Assembly: GCA_000002445.1 (NCBI GenBank)
Contig: AL929603.2
Coordinates: 992,001 to 1,056,000, forward strand
Direction of reading: 5' to 3'
Length of the DNA stretch: 64,000 bases
Source: Trypanosoma brucei
Lineage: Eukaryota
Below, piece after piece: positions 57,840 through 64,000 of this stretch. The position numbers and the translations under genes are program-made. Position 1 is the stretch's first letter; each line of letters begins with the position of its first letter. The notes under the pieces were generated by a model, which made no database searches, was not told the origin of the DNA, and saw only the letters and a program-made list of their open reading frames with translations.

Positions 57840-58170
57840 GTAGTTTTTCTTTACCATGCATATCACAGTATTAGTATATACACACTCACAACACCATCCT
57901 ATCATTATTATTATAACCATAACTAATATGCACGAAATAAACAAAATAATATTAATTATAATAAGACCCATTTTTAATACCCTATTACTATATTTTTTGA
58001 AACCCACATGCCACTTTTATATACACATTACTAAATGTATCATTTTAAAATTTTTCTTAAATTTTTATATTTTCTCAAAGTTTTAAAAAAAGTATTAAAA
58101 TATTCTTATAAAATAGCAGAATCTCATAAATTTCATAAGATTGAGCATAACGCTTTTACCAATAATTCTT
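57840..58170 (-). repeat. VSG 3' flank block including the 70-bp unit, duplicated at about 61190..61620
   Basis: Shared strings include cacactcacaaca…c(t)atcattattattataaccata(g)ctaat and cttaaatttttatattttctcaaag / atcaaatttctcaaagatc. Confidence 0.6.
57855..57935 (-). repeat. Single degenerate 70-bp-repeat unit, downstream of the VSG at 58169
   Basis: The minus strand reads TTATAATAATAATGATAGGATGGTGTTGTGAGTGTGTATATACTAATACTGTGATATG. This matches the TAA/TGA-run plus GTGTTGTGAGTGTGT(G)(C)ATATAC core of the T. brucei 70-bp repeat as recalled. Confidence 0.55.
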
Positions 58171-59560
58171 AAAAGTCACACGCTAGAATAAAAAACGCAA
58201 GCCAAAGAGGAGCCTTTTTAATGACAAAAGAATTGCTTCCTGTGGTGTTTGTGGTTCCGGTTTTCTCTTTGTTTTCATCCTCTCCCTTCTTTTTTGGTGT
58301 GCAAACTCCCTCTACCATAACGCAAATCCTTGTGCAGTCGGTTCCATTTTTGTCACTGCATTCCTTATTTTGTTCTTCTTCAGCATTTTTGTTTTTAGTT
58401 TCTTTTTCCTCCTCACTTTTTAATTCTTTTAGCAGTAGTCTTGCTACGGAGTCGCCAAGTTGTCTCATAGTTGTGACGCTGTTTAGTGCTGTATTTTGTT
58501 CCTTGCCATCGCCGGTTACGGGGACTTTAATATCGTCGACTAGTTGCCACACGTTAGTGGCGAGCTTTTCGCCTGTTTGACCATATGCATCCTTTGTGGC
58601 GGCTTGGGCCTGCTGATCTCCTGTATCTATCGATTCTTTGTCGTACAGCCGCAATAGCGCCTTTGTTGCTAGTTTGCCGAATACTTGTGTTCCGGACAAT
58701 GCTGAGTACTCCCTTAGATCTTTTGAGCATGACTGGTTTTGTAGCAGCTGTTTTGCGGCTGTGAAGTTGGCGTTTACTTTCTTTAGTAGGTCGCCTGTTA
58801 TTTTTAGTGGCGTGACCTCGAGATTGATGCCGTTCTCTAGGCTCGTCCCAAGTCTGCTGGCTGCTGTCCCTTGATTTTGTGCTGGCCCGCCTGTGAGCTC
58901 TAGTTCGACGAAGCCATTTTCTGCTATCTGCGTGCTGTGGCAGCTGGCTGCGCCGTTGTGCGTGCATTTGTAGACGACTTTTAAGGCGTATGCTTGCTCC
59001 GGCAGCGCCGGCTGTTTCGCTTCGGTTGCTTTATCTATTTGCAGTAGGTCTTCACTGTCAGTCAAGCTTGGACACGGCTTGTCGTCTCGTGCCGCGAGTG
59101 CCGACGGCGTCGGGAGCTGTGCGAACGGTGTGCCGCCCGTTGCTGTTACTTTGAACCGTCTTGACGTCGCCGTCATCGCATCCATAATCTTCCACGAGCG
59201 GGTCAGCTGATTTACGCCTTCCGTTAGGTCTTTCGTTTGTTTCTGTAGCTTGTCGGGAAGGTCTGCACATTCTTCAAGGATTTCCCCGCCGGCCGCTATT
59301 ACAGGCACAAGCTTGCGTTTTAGGTTGGCGTCACCTACTGTTGCCGCCACAATAAGTTTGTTGTAGTTTTCGTGGTTGCTTCGCTGTTGGCTGGCTGCCG
59401 ATGCGTACGTAATTTCATACAGATTTAAGCGTTTGTGAGTGCGAGCGATGCACGCGCACAGGTTTGCGCATGCCGCGTCGTCCGCCGGCTTTTCCGTTTG
59501 CGCGCGCCGTGATGTACTTAGGACCATTATCCCTATTAATACCTGTTGCGGCAATGTCAT
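58169..59560 (-). CDS. VSG: Variant surface glycoprotein, apparently intact. The ATG start is at 59560; the track's 59584 start is a TTG.
   Basis: 463 aa with a signal peptide (MTLPQQVLIGIMVLSTS), an Ala/Thr/Gln-rich N-domain with spaced Cys, and a C-terminal domain with the CTRICVMVEGVCTPKKK cysteine motif. The GPI signal is type-2-like (GSNSFVIKKAPLWLAFFILACDF). A 70-bp-repeat unit lies about 1.7 kb upstream (61240..61310) and a degenerate 16-mer-like element about 80 nt after the stop. Confidence 0.8.
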   Translation of the reverse strand: MTLPQQVLIGIMVLSTSRRAQTEKPADDAACANLCACIARTHKRLNLYEITYASAASQQRSNHENYNKLIVAATVGDANLKRKLVPVIAAGGEILEECADLPDKLQKQTKDLTEGVNQLTRSWKIMDAMTATSRRFKVTATGGTPFAQLPTPSALAARDDKPCPSLTDSEDLLQIDKATEAKQPALPEQAYALKVVYKCTHNGAASCHSTQIAENGFVELELTGGPAQNQGTAASRLGTSLENGINLEVTPLKITGDLLKKVNANFTAAKQLLQNQSCSKDLREYSALSGTQVFGKLATKALLRLYDKESIDTGDQQAQAATKDAYGQTGEKLATNVWQLVDDIKVPVTGDGKEQNTALNSVTTMRQLGDSVARLLLKELKSEEEKETKNKNAEEEQNKECSDKNGTDCTRICVMVEGVCTPKKKGEDENKEKTGTTNTTGSNSFVIKKAPLWLAFFILACDF

Positions 59561-61239
59561 GGTTTTGTCTAGTGCTGTTTCCAAGCTTGGGCTGCAAAAA
59601 AAAAAATGGCGGACGGTGTGAACAATCTTGCTGCTTACAGGTAAACTTCGTCGTTTGCCTTTGTTTTCAAAAAAATTACAAAGCTTATTTCACTCTTCCA
59701 CGTTGGTGCGTAGTAGTGACTCAGCTTTAGGTGCCACCGATCTCACCATTTCTTATTTGTACTTAGGGTGCTTCGCTTTTGCCGAGCAGCATGCACGTTT
59801 ATTTAGTATCATTTTTCACGTGCTGCCCTAATTAAGCGTCGCCGGTGTTGGAGGGCTTCGTTCTTCTGCGTACTTTGCTAGTTTTAATTTCACGACAAAG
59901 TCCTTGTTAGATATTTACCTCCGATTGCCATTCAATCTTAGTTGTCTCAATTACGATTGTATTCTCTTCCACTCTTCTCTCCTCTCCTTTATTTACTCTG
60001 CAACAATCTGGTCCCTCCAAGAATGCGCATCTGCGTTGTGTTTTTCTTCCGTTCTGGAAATTTTGTAAAAATGCAGATGGTTTAGTTCATTTATTTTCAT
60101 GTGAGCGCCAATTGGTCTTTTATTACTGTACTTCTTATTTTAAGCTATTTCGATATCTATTGTGCCTGTCGTATCTAGCCGCTATTCCATTCATTTGGAT
60201 CTTTAAAATTACGTATATGTTAGGACACCTAAAACATTTAACGCTTTTTTGTTTCAGTGGCCTCTAGTACGCTCCACTTGCATCTGGCTGCATGTCGCTG
60301 AAATGACGACATTACTCTGAAGATTCTGTCACATGACCGACCTTGTATATTTTTAGTTGTTTTTTGTCACAAGCTTACTCTGCTTCTCTTTCATCCATTT
60401 GAAGCTTTGGATATGATTTTGCCTTTCACCCCTTTTTCTTTGTTTGTGTCTCCGTGGCAGCTTTGCATTACCGAGAACTCTTACCTGAATTGGACGATCT
60501 AAGGACGTCCTAAACTGCTAGCACTTGCACCAATAGCGCAGAAATGGGTTTCTCTTGTTAATTCCCGCCACTTTGACAACCACCCTGACAGCTTATACAT
60601 TGGGTATTTTAGGCAAATCCCCAGAATTTTTGTTTTTCTTCTTCTTCTGCTCTCCACGCTAACTCATTATAAGCCACAGTTTGAAAATGTTACTTTGAAT
60701 AATATTATATTGTTTGCCACAAAGTGTTCGTCATTATTTATATATCTAATAAAAAACTTAGGTATTACCTCACATATACGAAAAACCCTCTTCCTCATGT
60801 TGCCTTTGCTTCTTCACCGCTTATCACTATGATTCACAAGCATTTTAAAAAACATAGACTATACTGTCATCACCGCAGTAGCATCCATAGATATTTTAAG
60901 TAAATCACAGAGAAACATTGACAATTCCTCTTCCTTCTGATGCACTATCTGCTTTTTCCTCTTCCGCCCCTACCTCTGTGGATAGCCTAGCGACTTTCTC
61001 TTTCCTATAAAATAAACTTCCTTTTTGCGACTATCCCCTCTATCATCTCCTTGTGCGTATTACCATCAAAATAATGCAGTATGAAACTCCGCACATATCA
61101 TCTTCATCATTTCCGTCTTTTTAGCTTCCCTTTACTAACCTTCCTCTTCCTTAATGTCTCACTCGCTAACTTTCATTGCATTCCTTTTATTGTTTTAAGT
61201 GCGTCTATTTTGGCTTCCTATTGGGCTGCTACCACAACT

Positions 61240-61310
61240 CTTATCATATATTCGTATATATACACACTCACAACACACTCCTCTATCATTATTATTATAA
61301 CCATAGCTAA
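61240..61310 (-). repeat. Single degenerate 70-bp-repeat unit, about 1.7 kb upstream of the VSG at 59560 and downstream of the VSG pseudogene
   Basis: The minus strand reads TTATAATAATAATGATAGAGGAGTGTGTTGTGAGTGTGTATATATACGAATATATGATAAGAG, which contains the 70-bp-repeat core. Confidence 0.55.
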
Positions 61311-61483
61311 TTTCAATAAAACAAACAAAACAAATATAATTAGAAACTTTAAAAATAGTTCTTATTTTTCTCACCCTGTTATCCCATTACTTTACACCCA
61401 TAGTCCTCTATTATGCATATTATAAAAAAAGTTTATTTTTTCAAATTCGAAAAATTATCAAATTTCTCAAAGATCTTACAGAA

Positions 61484-61500
61484 GTTTTAAAATATATAAA
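61484..61500 (-). promoter_or_regulatory. VSG 3'-UTR 16-mer-like element (the minus strand reads TTTATATATTTTAAAAC; canonical TGATATATTTTAACAC)
   Basis: Lies about 100 nt downstream of the VSG-pseudogene stop (61604..61606). An 11-nt core ATATATTTTAA is conserved. Confidence 0.45.
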
Positions 61501-61603
61501 TTTTATTAAATTCTCTTTATATAGCAAACTGTTTCAAAATTAAAAATTTTCATAATTATATAAAATAAATAAAACATAATATTCTTAAAATCTTATAATT
61601 CTA

Positions 61604-63190
61604 AAGTGCTACAAAACTCACGAAAAAAGTAGTCATACTCAGAGCCAATTTGTTATTGACGAGAAAACTTCCATTTCGGCACATTTCTTTATCCTGTTCA
61701 GGGTTTTAACTTTTACCTTTTCTCTAGCCACAAACAGGGCTTAATTTTTCAACATTTTCTTCTTACGAGTTGCTCTATCATTGTGGAAAGTATAGGTAAC
61801 AGTAAGTGTTCCTGAATTTTGAGCTTGTGTTACAGGGAATCTGCTTTTTGAAACTTTTGATTCATTAAATTTGCACTTTTTAGTTCTGTCGGTTTCTGTT
61901 TCGTTGTAACTGCAGAAAGGCTTGTTGTTGCATTCTACTACGTCCTTAATTTTATTTCAGATGTTTTCTGGTGCTTTAGTATCTTTGCCTTGTTTTGCTT
62001 CGTAAAGTTCCTTGCTAAGGCTGGCGAATTTGATTGCGGCTTGCAGCTCATAATAGCTAACGAGTTCGGCTAGTTCATCGCTTTGCCTTGTCGTACCGAG
62101 CTTTGCTGCGCTTGTGCGACCTGCGGCGCCGCTGGGGATGTCTTCTGCAATCACTAGGTCGTTTATGTCTTTGTCTACTGTGCTCTTGTGGCCGCCAAAT
62201 GCTGTCTTGACTTCAGTTTCTACGGCACACTTGGTTGCATCTCTATTGCTCAGCAAAACATTTTTGATGACTTATGTTAGTGCGGGCCTCTGTGATAGCC
62301 TGTCAGTTTCATTTGTGAATTCACCGGCTGTCCGTGGCTGTTGGCGCTGACTTCTGACTGTCGGCTTCCGCGGCCCAAGCTGTCGCTTTGCCTTCATTGC
62401 CGCCTTCGACCGCGTCTCTGTTGCGCATTGTCGGCTAGGAGTTGCCGGCCAGTAGAGTTAGGTAGCCATCCAGTATCTCTACAGTTGCTGCAGCGCACTG
62501 TCCTCCGTTCATGAACCCGGTTGTGCCGTGAGCTGCTGGTAGATTGCACTTGTTTTTTCCCGTTGGTGCCCTGTATTTGAGTCTTACGTGTCTCCCGGTT
62601 TGCCGAACACAATACCTTTTAAGCCGGTGACACCTAAAAATTCGCTTGTTGTGCCGCCCGCTTGGAGGGATGTTAGTTTTGTGTTGCAGTCATACTTGCA
62701 GAGCTTTCCGTGTTTACGATCTGAACCCGCTGTATCCGAGTCGTTTTCAACTAGACACGCATTGTTGTTTCCATTCGCTCCTTCTAGGAGGTTAAGGTAC
62801 TCGTCGATGCGCCCTTTCAGGTGGGTGGCCGTGCGCACCGTGTCTATTTGCTTTTGGACTACGGTTTCTTTTTACACAGCTGCTGCTCTCACCGCTTTTA
62901 CGCTGTAATATGCTCGCAAAGCTGCTATCGCCTTGGTCTTTTGATGCTTTAGGTTTTTAGCGGTAAAATCTCCGTTCACGGCGGCATCGCCGAGTTCCTT
63001 CCAAACGGCCAGGACGCTGTCGAGAGATTTTAGTATCCCGTTGTTTTTGGTGTTAAGTTCGTCAGTTAGGCCGCATAGAGGCTCCCACACCTTCTTTAGC
63101 AGTCCATGTTTCTTTGTTGCGTGGACCACTGCAGGCAGCGTCAGCAGCGTGACAAAAAGTTTTATCTTGAAGTATGTGCGTTTCGAATAC
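61604..63190 (-). pseudogene. VSG pseudogene (start codon ATG>ACG, internal stops and frameshifts), type-1-like GPI signal
   Basis: The N-terminus reads (T)YSKRTYFKIKLFVTLLTLPAVVHATKKHGLL, a signal peptide with no ATG. Minus-strand ORF fragments in frames 0/0/2/0 are typical of a VSG (…AALRAYYSVKAVRAAAV…; …KFASLSKELYEAKQGKDTKAPENI). The C-terminus reads …VNNKLALSMTTFFVSFVAL*, compared with canonical NKKFALSVVSAAFVALLF. Confidence 0.65.
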
Positions 63191-64000
63191 GTAGCAGTTA
63201 AGCCTTTTTACCAAAGCCAGCTACTCTTTTTTTTCTTCACCAAAAGAACATTAAAAATGCGTTTAAGTATTTCTATTAGACACTTATTGGCATTGAAAAT
63301 TTATAGAAAGGTCCACAGCCACCGGATAAAAGTGCTCTTTTTCTCCTTATTGGTGATGTTTCTGCCATATTGTAACAGATAACGGGTCCTATCCAAGTTT
63401 CTAATTATGTGGTTTCGAGTTCGCCGCCACTATCCTTTGTTAAAAAGTTGTACTATGTCCTCTTGAATGCGGCACCAGCCCTGGCGTTAAAAGAAATATC
63501 GTTCAGTGCATCTGTCCCTTCTCTCCGACTTTGCGGTGTGTGTTAGCATTATTCTCATTGTTTCTCAAACTCACAAAAAAAAGCATTTACATTTTGCATT
63601 CTATGAGTAGAGAGTTTCTGACGCGTCTCGTAACACCCAGTGATTCACGAAGGTGCTGCATCTCTTTCCTACCACTTCAGATGGGGATACACCATTAGAT
63701 TTAAAAGCATAGCAAAAGCATAATCTCTTGTTGTTACAGCCGTACTTTTGCTCTGTTTTTCAGCCCGACTGCTTTATACAAAGCTTTTTTCACTGTATAT
63801 ACCGTTGCGACTCCGTTTCTCCTGTACACTGCATTCTGTTTCCCCCTCATTGTCATCTCCGTCGGTTCCTCGACTAAAATGATGGCCATCGTTATATTTG
63901 TGTTTTAAACTGAACATGTTCCGTCTCCATAACACTTTATGCATGTCTATTAATAATAATATTTCTTGTCCTATGCCTGTTTGTTATATATCACCCTAAC

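Noticed and set aside
1-64000. Searched for prokaryote-type signatures (CRISPR arrays, operons with RBS, toxin-antitoxin or defence-island architecture) prompted by the task framing.
   Set aside because: The sequence is eukaryotic kinetoplastid: polycistronic same-strand genes with polyY-AG splice signals, VSG/ESAG families, an ingi LINE, and no periodic direct repeats with spacers. No such system is present.

Overview
This window reads as a subtelomeric region of an African trypanosome of the Trypanosoma brucei group, not a prokaryotic locus. The alternative start codons in the ORF track are an artefact here, and real genes begin at ATG behind a polypyrimidine tract plus AG trans-splice acceptor.

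Plus strand, about 1–49000, is a decayed, segmentally duplicated array of expression-site-associated-gene (ESAG)-like surface protein genes:
- Two copies of a three-gene cassette in the order ESAG2-like (about 455 aa, VSG-like N-terminal motif, GPI tail), ESAG11-like (about 370 aa, GPI tail), ESAG1-like (about 325 aa, N-terminal signal anchor), at 4–3767 and 26092–29855.
- Two further full-length ESAG1-like genes (40145–41116, 47808–48794) and two ESAG1 C-terminal fragments (about 24650–24862, 46313–46570).
- Two pairs of paralogous GPI-type surface protein genes of unassigned family (21265/35246 and 23395/43260).
- An ESAG8-related leucine-rich-repeat protein gene (15804–18011) and an isolated acidic tail-anchored protein gene (12308–13123).
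- Several long ORF-poor stretches, the largest at 3.8–12.3 kb.

At about 50.1–55.4 kb a degenerate ingi non-LTR retrotransposon (endonuclease, reverse transcriptase, RNase H, C2H2 fingers) sits on the plus strand. It has a mutated 2A motif (NPSP), in-frame stops and a frameshift, and appears to have truncated a VSG-like pseudogene on the minus strand.

Downstream the coding strand switches. On the minus strand are a frameshifted ESAG3-like(?) pseudogene, then an apparently intact VSG (58169–59560) with an atypical C-terminal tail, then a VSG pseudogene (about 61604–63190, start ATG mutated to ACG). Each VSG has a single 70-bp-repeat unit and a duplicated 3' flank, which is the classic silent VSG-array cassette structure.

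No bloodstream-expression-site hallmarks are present: there is no 70-bp-repeat block after any ESAG1, and no promoter, 50-bp or telomere repeats. I see no evidence of a novel defence-type system. The interesting biology is the mosaic paralogue evolution, the retroelement at the convergent strand-switch region, and the unassigned surface-protein families.
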